Shown here: one piece after another, positions 24,050 to 34,479 of the stretch | How the letters are laid out: each line of letters begins with the position of its first letter | How positions within the stretch are numbered: position 1 is the first letter of the stretch | Assembly: GCF_963853765.1 (NCBI RefSeq) | Contig: NC_088860.1 | Location: 30,628,001 to 30,692,000 of the forward strand | DNA: 64,000 nucleotides | From: Magallana gigas | Lineage: Eukaryota | Direction: 5' to 3' | Translations under genes and position numbers: made by a program | The notes under the pieces: generated by a model | The model's input: only the letters and a program-made list of their open reading frames with translations | What the model was told of the DNA's origin: nothing | Database searches by the model: none

Positions 24050-24560
24050 AAAATACCATGCTTTCTTTGGTGATTCATTAAAACAATAAAATGCTTTCCT
24101 TGTTTATTCATTCGGGATATGAAGGAAGCGACATTGCAGAAAAAATACATAAAATTTTTACATGTAAATTAAATTTTTCCTGCATAACCCGCATGAATCA
24201 TCAAAGAAAGCATTTTATTGTTTATATTAACATCTTCCTTTTAACTGATTTATAAATTGATTGTGAAAAGTTGATAAATTCACTAAATTACTGTTAATGT
24301 ATATTAGTACGTTAGTTAAAAGAACCAGCCAAATCGTCTCCTGTGAGACTTTGAGTCTGACATCATCATGATTATTTTGTGCAGTCCGTGATGTGATTTT
24401 TCTTAGGTCGCTGTAGGTTTTGACCAATCGATAATAGGGGCGTGTAGATTTCAGTGTGGCTGTTTCTATAGAGCTATGAATTAAAGTCTCCGTAAGAAAT
24501 AGAGAAAATAATATTTGGTAGATGTAAATACATGGATATAACGATCAACGAGCATTACAT
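24050..24560 (-). mobile_element. Interspersed repeat, same family as 55190-55620 (opposite orientation)
   Basis: Shared blocks such as GCTCTATAGAAACAGCCA, ATCGATTGGTC..AA.CTACAGCGACCTAAGAAAAATCAC and AATCATGATGATGTCAGACTCAAA in reverse complement. Confidence 0.7.
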
Positions 24561-25199
24561 ACATGTATATAAAAAGCAAATAACTCGCATCAGCTACGCT
24601 CGCCGCTATCTTCATACCCACACGAAGCACCAGTTCAGTCAATGTCTTAATAAATATTAAAGAAAAAAGTTTATTCGTTCGAACGGGCAAAAAACCCGTA
24701 AAAACCCACCCTTGGGGGGGGGTCTTCTTGGTAGAAGTTTAGCATTGTGATATTTTCATAATCTAGTTCATTAGGTTACTCCTTTTGTATGTCCTCATTC
24801 ATATTGTCGTAACATCTGAAAACAAATACTTTGCAACATCAGAGCTATACCAATATGACGTCTTCCTTATTTAGGCAGCAAACAAAACATAGCAACATGT
24901 TCTTGCCACTATTTCAGGTAGGACCTCCGATGAATACATTTTAATTTTAAATGCTGAAAATATATAATAATCTTTATATTCAAGTAAATCTTAATATTTT
25001 AGAATAACCTTTATCAGTATTAGTTGGGTAGTATATAGGCTACATTTTTCTTCAAAAATTGTATAGTTAGTTCAATCACAGTGTATATGAAGTCAAACAG
25101 ACAAACAGAGTCTGCCAGTCCTGAAGGGCAGCAAAATCTCCATTTTGTCGCAGGGATTCGTTGTTTATGACTTGCTTCAGGATCATGAAGCAGTCTTAA

Positions 25200-25618
25200 A
25201 GCTGAACACCGCTCGTAAATAGGCACTGTCCGCCATATTTCTCTTTAATCACTGCTGTCTCTACAACCCTTATATAAGGGACAGACCTCTAAACAGTTCA
25301 AAGTACTTCGCTGTAGAGGTCTCACCTGTGTGGACGTACATTTTGCCTCGCCGTGTTACTCGGTCGCGATGAAATTATCAAATTTTACGCACCTTTTTGA
25401 AGCCAGGAGAATACTAACATCAAATAAATTGGTCAATGCATTATTTACGAACAGAAAATGAACATAAGATAAGAAAAAATGTATAAAATCTAAAGACCAC
25501 GAAAGGAATACTACATGTCGGCCACGAGGTTCAGGTGTGCAATCGGGTGTAACGAAATCGAAGGGTTTATATACCAGGTATCTGTGTGACGGTGCCTATT
25601 TACGAGCGGTGTTCAGCT
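25200..25618. mobile_element. 419-bp MITE with TTAA target duplication (Kolobok-like)
   Basis: ~31-bp TIR AGCTGAACACCGCTCGTAAATAGGCACTGTC / GACGGTGCCTATTTACGAGCGGTGTTCAGCT, with TTAA on both sides (25196-25199, 25619-25622). The RR terminus fits Kolobok better than piggyBac (CCC). Confidence 0.75.
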
Positions 25619-25861
25619 TTAAGCTTAAGTCAAAATTTGTACTTACATGAAGTCTTATTGTGATTTGATTGAAAATTTCGAAAAAAATAGAATGCTATTA
25701 AAATATATCTCAATATTACGGTGATATTTACAAATTTTAAGCATAATTCTATGATATAATTTAATTTAATGAATTATTGATATTTTGACTTAAGTCTAAA
25801 AAGGCTTCATGATCCCGAGGCCTGCTGTCTTACAGGATTCGTCTATATCCTGCATATCATT

Positions 25862-25952
25862 TAGCTGCAGGTCTGTAGATCCCGGTCTGAAAAAAATCGC
25901 TGGGTCGTCCATACGGATTTTTTTTCGACCGGGGGCTACAGACCTGCAGCTA
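25862..25952. mobile_element. 91-bp TAG...CTA hairpin element with 9-bp target duplication
   Basis: Arms TAGCTGCAGGTCTGTAG / CTACAGACCTGCAGCTA; flanks CATATCATT and CATATCAAT. Confidence 0.75.
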
Positions 25953-27131
25953 CATATCAATAAGCTCTTTCAGCATCTCGGTATAAAGGCAGCTCTCTTT
26001 CTCTGAGATTTTTACTGCTTGGAGCAAATGTTACAGTCTACTATTCAGAACGTTCCTAATCCTCATTCACTCAATGAAAATGGCAGACTGTGATTGGACA
26101 ATACCTTACTATCTGGGGGCTGCCCAGCTTGAGGTGGGTAATTACAGTCAAATGAGATGGTCTCCGTAAAGAGCAATCCTTTGCGCCATGCTTTACGTTA
26201 ACCGAATCGCCACTTATAAACGGTAACTTGCTCATCTTGGTGATTCCACACTAGTAGGGAGGCCGGAGTGTCCTCTCCAGGTGATCGGATACAAGCCAGG
26301 GTTAAGAATAATGGAGGACAGGGTGTTTCCCATGCAGCAGATCCAGCTCTTCACATCACTAATGGATCAAAAGATGCAGCAGGTTACTAGGTTGGCACCA
26401 GTCCCATCGCAGGAATTGCCATAGAAATGCTTCCAGCAGTGCCGAGTTGTCCTCGGGAATCCATTTCCGGATTTTTACTCAATGTTTACTCCTGAAGTTC
26501 TTTCTAAAGTTCTGCCAAGTTAAGTAGCTTAACCAAACCAGAATGCCAGAAGTCCAGGATATGCTATTATCTCCATTATTGAGAAGGTTTTAAGGTTGTC
26601 AAAGGCAGGGGCGTCTTTAAAAACCTTAAAACCTGCTCAATGTGTAGAAATATTTTAAGGTGGTATTTGACACCTCGATATTGGGGATGGGGCAAGGGGC
26701 TGAGGGAGATAAAGAAAAACGTCTTGGTTATCCATCTAAACTTTTTCAGACAAGGAGCTTCAGACATTCAGCAACTGTATAATGTGACAGGAGGCTAGAT
26801 TTAGGATGTTTCAGACATTTTACCACTATTGGTCACCGCAATCTGAAAAGTCGGGGGGGGGGGGGGGGGGTATTACATAGAAATGAGCCAACTCTTGGAT
26901 ATAACTTGTAAATTTTATATATTTAGCAATTACTATACAAAATTTTCACTTTTAGTAACACCATATTCTAAAGGTATTAGAGATGATCAATAGTTGATGG
27001 ACAGTTGTAATTGAAGAAAGTCTACAAAAAGATGAAGGCTACATTTTGTGATATATAACAACAAAGAATTTCAATTTCCAGTGTATGAATTCAGAGATTC
27101 TACCAAGTACCATTCGATTCATTACAAGATG

Positions 27132-27134
<3 letters not shown>

Positions 27135-27167
<33 letters not shown>

Positions 27168-29758
27168 ACAGCAGTTCCTTGTAACATTACATTTCGTAGC
27201 ATATGCTTTTTCTATTTTATAAACATTGAACCCCTTTCTTGGGACCCAGTTGTGGTCCGAGGTTTATGGTTGGCTTGAACAACATAAATAGTAGCATAGG
27301 AATGAAAACCGCACGTACACAACCTGAAAAACTGAACGTAGAAGAGTTCCACTTCAAGAGGAATAACTCTCAGACTGTACAGAACATCAAGAAAGATAAC
27401 TCTTGGTTCCACTACATTAGAGTTTACACAATATGAGGATCCTTGCATAGTAATCTCACAAACTGTAGCATTATAGTTCTCGAGAAAAACTTTTTATAAA
27501 CATTTTCAATATATCTTTCTATGTTAAACTTTGAACCCCTCTTGGGGCCACAGTATTAGTCCAGTGCTAAAGTTTTAATTATTTGGAATCTACATTATTT
27601 AAGGATGCTTGCATAGTTATCTCACAAGCTGAAGCATTATAGTTCCCTAGAAAAAGATTTTTCAACATTTTCCCTCTATATTTCTATGCTAAACTTTGAA
27701 CACCTCTTGGGGCCCCAGTATTAGATTGAGGTCACGGCTTTTATAATTTCGAATCTACACTATTTGAGGGTGCTTATGTAGTTATCTGACAAATTGATGC
27801 ATTGTAGTTCTCGAAAAGAAGATTTTTAAACATTTTCCATATATACCGGTACTTCTACATTTAACTTTAAACCCATCTTGGGTCCCTAGTATTTGTCCAG
27901 GGGTCACTATTTTAAAACTGTAGAACCTTCATTATCCAAGGTTGTATGCATGATAGTAATCTCACAAATTGAAGCATTGTAGTTCTCGAGAAGAAGATTT
28001 TTTAACATGTTACCTTTATATTTCTATAATAAACTTTGACCCCATCTTGGGGCCCCAGTATTGGTCCCGGGGTCACGATTTTACCAATTAGGAATCTACA
28101 TAAGCGAAGGATGCATGCATAGATATTCCACAAACTAAAACATTGTAGTTCTTGAGAAGAAATTTTTTTAACTTTTCCTGTTTAATGTTTTTTAAAATGT
28201 TTAAATTTTGAACCCCTCTTGGTGCCCATCAATTGTCCGGGAGTTACAATTTTTTTGAATCTACATTATTTAAGGATGTACATGTATGCATAGTAATATC
28301 CCAAACAGTTGCACTATAGTTCTTGAGACGATGATTTAAAAACATTTTCCTATATATGTTAAAATCTAAACCCCTACTGGGGCCCCACTTTTTGTTCGGG
28401 GGTCACGAGTTTTACAATCTTCACTATATATACAACCTTTTGTGTATGTATTGGCATTTTTGGTGAAGTGGTTCTTGAGAAGAACATTTTTTAAACATTT
28501 TTCATATGTAGTTCTATGTAAAACTTTGAACCCCGCCTGGGGCTGCAGTTTTGGTTCGAGGGTCACGATTTCTACAATTTAGAATCTTTATTATACATAC
28601 AAGCTTTTGTGTAAATATTGGCATTTCTGGTGCAGTGGTTCTTGAGAAGAAGACTTTTTAGACCTTTTCCTATGTATTTCTATGTTAAACTTTGAACCCC
28701 GCCTGGGGCCCCAGTTTTGGTCCGAGGGTCACAATTTTTACAATTTAAAATCTTCACTATATATACAAGATTTTGTGTAAATATTGGCATTTCTGGTGCA
28801 GTGGTTCTTGAGAAGAAGATTTTTTAAACATTTTCCTATGTATTTCTATGTTAAACTTTGAACCCCGCCTGGGGCCCCAGTTTTGGTCCGAGGGTCACGA
28901 ATTTTACAATTTAGAATCTTCACTATGTATACAAGCTTTTGTGTAAATATTGGCATTTCTGGTGCAGTGGTTCTTGAGAAGAAGATTTTTTAAACATTTT
29001 CCTATGTATTTCTATGTTAAACTTTGAACCCCGCCTGGGGCCCCAGTTTTGGTCCGAGGGTCACGATTTTTACAATTTAAAATCTTCACTATATATACAA
29101 GCTTTTGTGTAAATATTGGCATTTCTGGTGCAGTGGTTCTTGAGAAGAAGATTTTTTAAACATTTTCCATTGTATTTCTATGTTAAACTTTGAACCCCGC
29201 CTGGGGCCCCAGATTTGGTTCGATGGTCACGATTTTTACAATTTAGAATCTTCACTATATATACAAGCTTTTGTGTAAATATTGGCATTTCTGGTGCAGT
29301 GGTTCTTGAGAAGAAGATTTTTTAAACATTTTCCATTGTATTTCTATGTTAAACTTTGAACCCCGCCTGGGGCCCCAGTTTTAGTCCGAGGGTCACGATT
29401 TTTACAATTTAGAATCTTCACTATATATACAAGCTTTTGTGAAAATATTGGCATTTCTGGTGCAGTGGTTCTTGAGAAGAAGATTTTTAAAGACATGCAC
29501 CCTATACTTACTGTTTTGCAATTATCTCCCTTTTGAAAAGGGCTGTGCCCTTTATTTTAACAATTTATAATTCCCTTTCCATAAGGATGCTTTGTACCAA
29601 ATTTGGTTAAATTTGGCCCAGTGGTTTTTGAGAAGAAGTTGAAAATGTGAAAAGTTTACAGACGGATGGACAGACAGACGGACGGACGGACGGACGGACG
29701 ACGGACAACGGGTGATCAGAAAAGCTCACTTGAACCTTCGGTTCAGGTGAGCTAAAAA
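27135..29758 (+). mobile_element. Non-autonomous Helentron/Helitron-like element carrying a ~166-bp tandem satellite (HindIII/Cg170-like)
   Basis: 5' end ACAAGAGGCCCATGGGCCACATCGCTCACCTG. Central tandem units with AACTTTGAACCCC recurring at ~28688, 28854 and 29020 and AAGCTT sites. (GACG/GACA)n microsatellite at ~29658-29706. 3' palindrome AGCTCACTTGAACC-TTC-GGTTCAGGTGAGCT followed by an A-run. This matches the described architecture of oyster Helentron-borne satellites. Confidence 0.85.
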
Positions 29759-30928
29759 ACCAAAAGGAAATCCAATCTTTTTTTTTTTAATGCATGCAAA
29801 TCATTCATGCTCAAAGTAAAAAATTAAACAATGCAAGCAGCTTTAAAAACAAAATAAGCCTTTGGCCAGCCAATAGAGTAAAATTCATATGCCAATATTA
29901 AATACCAGAATTCAAAACAAAAATTCTAAGCTATATGACATTTTACATTATTCCTAACCCTCCCTTTCCTTTGATAAATGCAACCTTTAGAAAAGTATAA
30001 TATTATAACAAACACATACTATTGGAAATATGATTTTCAGTATTTGATATAGAATATACTATTTCAATTAAGTATTTGATATAAAATATCAAATAATCAG
30101 TGAATTTGAAATACATAGGCCCAAAAAAAGCTCTTTAATTTCCAGTAGATGTCCCATGCATAAGCTTAAGGCAATCAAATATACACTATAGTATAACACA
30201 ATATAGCATATACCTGTACAGGTACAAAACACACTACCAGATTATCAGTATAAAACTAACCCAACAGAGTCCAATCCGCCCCCCCCCCCTCCCACTTTAA
30301 ACCCCCCACTCACCTAATCACCCCCCCCCCCCCCACACACACACCTTATCTTAATCTAAAAGCTGTGAAAAGGTTTAAAAACTTTATGTTGTATAAAATG
30401 CTGTTGTACAAATTACCTGTATTAGTTATCATATCAATGTAATAGCCCTGTAAACTTCATAAAGTTAGAAGACCTAGCACGACCTACATGTAGCTACAGC
30501 TATACATGTATCTCTACAGATTTATTCATAATTTAACTCTCTGCATGTTAACTTTATATTTCTACTGAAGGCTGGCCTAGACTTTTTAACACTATGTATA
30601 ATATAAACTGTCAATATGACATAAATATATCTATCTATTTACAATGTACTGTATATATAATATACATATTACAGTTGTACACAACATAGCTGTCAACATG
30701 ACAGATTTAAATATATTTACATAAGTATATACAATATACATATATAAAAATAAAAAGATTCTGTAGACCAGTCTGCTTTTGTGGTGGTTAATGTGTCAAT
30801 CACACTATTCAAAAAGTCACTATTATTTGTCTCATTGCAGTCAGTAATGGCACTCAGAAGTCTGTTCCACATGAAGAGAGCACTGTGAATTTTCTCACAA
30901 GACAAGTGTTTTTGACAGTCTTTTTCAC

Positions 30929-32010
30929 TTAAGAAGAGTGGTTCACATGATCAAACCACCACTCTCCACTTGCACCAATGTCTGCATACAAGGTACAACT
31001 TCTATGCTAAAAAGAGAGCAAGATAATAACTCTTTAAAAAATTACCTTGAATAATATCAGTGCAACACATAATCAAATTCTTATTGACATTTTTAATAAT
31101 TTTAATAACTTTCTGATTGACCTTTAATTTAATTGATCCAGGTTGCGGGTTGATACACAAATAGAAAAGCATTAAAGCTTCGGTATGTCTGTACTTACAC
31201 AAGAGTTGCTCCTTCAGTAGACAATGAAGGAGGAGTCAAGCTGCGAATGCTGCACACACCGTCTCCTAGCAACCTTGTGCTTCCTTTGTTGTGGCACAGT
31301 GTGCTTCCTTTGTTGTACATGTGGCACATTGAGACGCACAGGGCGATGTCTGAAACTAGTGCGAGCTAGCCACTCAATCTGTTTATTAAAGTATAGAGAA
31401 AAGGACCTCATTGAAACAATGCAGAAAATTGAGAAATTATCTATATATTCAGATTAGTCCCTTATATCTTGAAATACCAATGTATGTTACTTCAGATTGT
31501 TATATATATTGTAGAGCTATAGAATTGTCAGTATATCAATTGTTATACATACTGTGTGGGTGGGTTGCGGGACTGTAGGCAACTCCCTTCTGTCTTCTGA
31601 CTTGTTAATTGCACTTGTCAATTGGTACTGTAAACCAAATCAAACAAAATGAGAATATACAGTCTTTGTAATTGTAATTTATTCCTAGTTTTTTGTTAAC
31701 ATTATCTTATATAAACATAAATGGTTTGTTAGTTTTTTTTTATTAATAAAGTCAAATGTCCACCCAAAAAATGCAATAGTGATGGATTGTGAAAAGTCAG
31801 CCAGTAGGCCCAGTACACGTTGCACAGTTATAGAAGAGATCTGGGAAAATTGATCATGATTTCTGATATTGAGTCTACAATCATGAGAAATGATCACCAA
31901 TCTCAGAAAATCTTACATAGTCATTCATGTGCTCTTTCCATGCATGACGGAAGGAGACAAAAGATGGCTGTTGCTGTAGGGACACAAAGTGCAAAGTGAG
32001 AGAGTAAAAC

Positions 32011-32092
<82 letters not shown>

Positions 32093-32236
32093 CTATGTGT
32101 ACACAAAGGGAAAGAAACAATACACAAAATAAAAGAGAATGAAACAGTACACAGATAGAGAATAAAACAGTGCATAAAAAGATCAAGAGGAGGAAGAGGG
32201 AGAATCAAGGACTTAGTTCACAGGAAGGAGAACATG

Positions 32237-32302
<66 letters not shown>

Positions 32303-33227
32303 GACTGGAAGAAAGAAGGAGTGACACTGCCTCACAATGAAAACAATTTTATTCATGTCCCTAGGAAATTCCAAATTATTATAATATTGAATCACTTGTG
32401 TACTACTTATCCATAATCATATTAATGCATACATATTTCATTGGGTACATGTATTACCACATTTTGACATACAGCATGGGGGGGGGGGGGTTGCATGTTT
32501 TCTTGAATGCAGGACTACTCTAGTACTTACACTAGATTTGATGTGGAGTTCCAGCAACACATCATACCACTGTCTGTCATCGGAATGACTATGCGAGGAA
32601 ACATCTATGCTGTGCTGAAATTTATAATTTTTTTTTCAATATGAATTTATAAAATTTTTGATTGTTTGCTGCTTTTTATCAATCCAATCTGTATATTTCA
32701 TAAACCAACTTTGTTTAAAAATTTGACATAAATAATAAATTCATAAGAATGTTCTTTAAAGATATATTAAAAGCTGAACCATTCGCTTGTCTGCAATATT
32801 GCCCCCCCCCCCCCCAAATTATGTTGANNNNNNNNNNNNNNNNNNNNNNNNNNNNNNNNNNNNNNNNNNNNNNNNNNNNNNNNNNNNNNNNNNNNNNNNN
32901 NNNNNNNNNNNNNNNNNNNNNNNNNNNNNNNNNNNNNNNNNNNNNNNNNNNNNNNNNNNNNNNNNACATATGTAGGGTAATTGCATCATTTAATATCAAT
33001 TTGAAGTCACGAGAAGAGAGAAAACTGATTTAGTAAACGATATATATATATTGACATCCATCATGGCGACATTTTAGCAAAATGGCATCCCGCATCGCGC
33101 AGAGAAAGAATTCACATTATAAATGGCTAAATTCATGCTATTGTGAAAATTAAACGTTAATTCTGAGAGCCATTACCCTCTTTGACGAGCTCTTGCTCTT
33201 TCTTTCGGATGATCGCTCTCTTTTCAT
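30929..33227 (-). CDS. Putative unrecognised multi-exon gene, incomplete (spans the assembly gap)
   Basis: Minus-strand exons with canonical sites, each a multiple of 3: 33177-33227 (MKRERSSERKSKSSSKR|GTAATG), 32531-32614 (HSIDVSSHSHSDDRQWYDVLLELHIKSS|GTAAGT), 31917-31973 (QQPSFVSFRHAWKEHMNDY|GTAAGA), 31553-31627 (YQLTSAINKSEDRRELPTVPQPTHT|GTATGT), 31199-31378 (IEWLARTSFRHRPVRL...; contains a TGA; |GTAAGT). A terminal exon starts at 31006. One more acceptor at 31840 lacks a clear donor. Confidence 0.5.
32014..32086. repeat. (GA)n microsatellite
   Basis: Perfect AG/GA dinucleotide run. Confidence 0.97.
32240..32297. repeat. (GA)n microsatellite
   Basis: Perfect AG/GA dinucleotide run. Confidence 0.97.
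32828..32965. other. Assembly gap (138 N)
   Basis: Run of N. Confidence 0.99.
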
Positions 33228-34479
33228 AGTGATTTCTTTGATTTTTGCGCTCTGTGTAAAAACACGTCTGCTTGCAACCGATCAAATTCAGTAACTAACG
33301 CGGTAACTAAAACGTGACGGTATATATACCTAACGTGATTACGTTACCCCTAACGACGTCTGACGCTGGATACTGGAGATATTCATACGCTATACATTAA
33401 CATACCTTGTACTTTTGAAATACCCAAACATAATCCCGTCACATGCAGATTTTTTCCCAGTCGTTGAACATAAATAATATGACGTCATAAATAACTTGTC
33501 GCATTTGTTTTGGCGCACTTTGTTTTTAACGTTGAGGATCTATATATGCGTATGGTTCAGGCGCGGATCCAAAAAAAATTCAAAGGACGGGGGGGGGGGG
33601 GGGGGTTAAGGGGAAGTCCACGTAGGTTGCGAGAATTGTACATATTGGGCGTACTTTGCGACGATGGAAGTACATGTAGGCAGATTTTACAGAATAAAAT
33701 GAAACCGTGAAATCAATTAATGGTTATCCCTATAATTTATGTTTTATATATTAGCATTAGTTTGATGAAAAAAATCTATAAAGAAAAATTGCCGTTAATT
33801 ACGGGGTTTTATCAAAAGTCTTGTTTTCAAAAAACGTCGCAGAGGTTGTCTCAACTCTCGGCTTTATTAAAGATTATCTTATTATGCAGGATACTTTTAG
33901 TACTCTTTTGAGAAATAGATCTATAGTTCTTAAAAATAGAAAGATTGGATACTATGTAAACATTGAAATACTTTTTTTTTCTACCAAAACAATAAAGTTC
34001 TTGCAAAAAAAAAGCCAACTTTTTGAATACTGACATCCCTCGCAATGAATGCACGGCAAGCTCTATAGTTACATACCGTACGTTAAAATAAAATTCATGG
34101 CCAGTGATCCTACCAATACAATTGTTATTAGAAAATGCGCACCATTCTACTACAGTTGTTGCCGAGATCAAAGAGATGCCGCGGACATTATTCTCAAATG
34201 AACATTAAATTTCGTGGATCAAATTGCATGCAACCATTCATGAAAATTTCTGAAAATTGGCATTTCAATTTTTTTTAATCATTAGTACAAATATCGCCTA
34301 AACATTCTCCCATACTGTATCTTTTGTCTATGTTAATTCTTCTCCCTGCCTCTCTCTTTCTTTCTCTTTATTTTTCCTTTTTCATTTCCTTTTTTTTAGC
34401 ATTTTCAAAGGGGGGTTGCAACTCCCGTACCCCTTTCTGGATCCACCACTGTGGTTTCCTACGATGAAAATGCATATAA

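Noticed and set aside
26040-26520. GC-richer segment with a GGGGAGG/CCTCTCC stem, considered as an snRNA or HDV-like ribozyme
   Set aside because: No match to U snRNAs that I can recall, and the stem is a simple hairpin without the nested pseudoknot. Probably a repeat fragment.
27500-29480. Regular repeats as a CRISPR array
   Set aside because: Units are contiguous ~166-bp monomers with no unique spacers, in a eukaryotic context with no cas genes.
31881-33033. ORF-track entries with SLSLSL, ERERER or X runs
   Set aside because: Artefacts of (GA)n microsatellites and the N gap.
33558-34451. Possible element with CAGGCGCGGATCCA / TGGATCCACCACTG ends
   Set aside because: The ends match only partly and there is no convincing TSD (only TGGTT shared); they may be two separate fragments.
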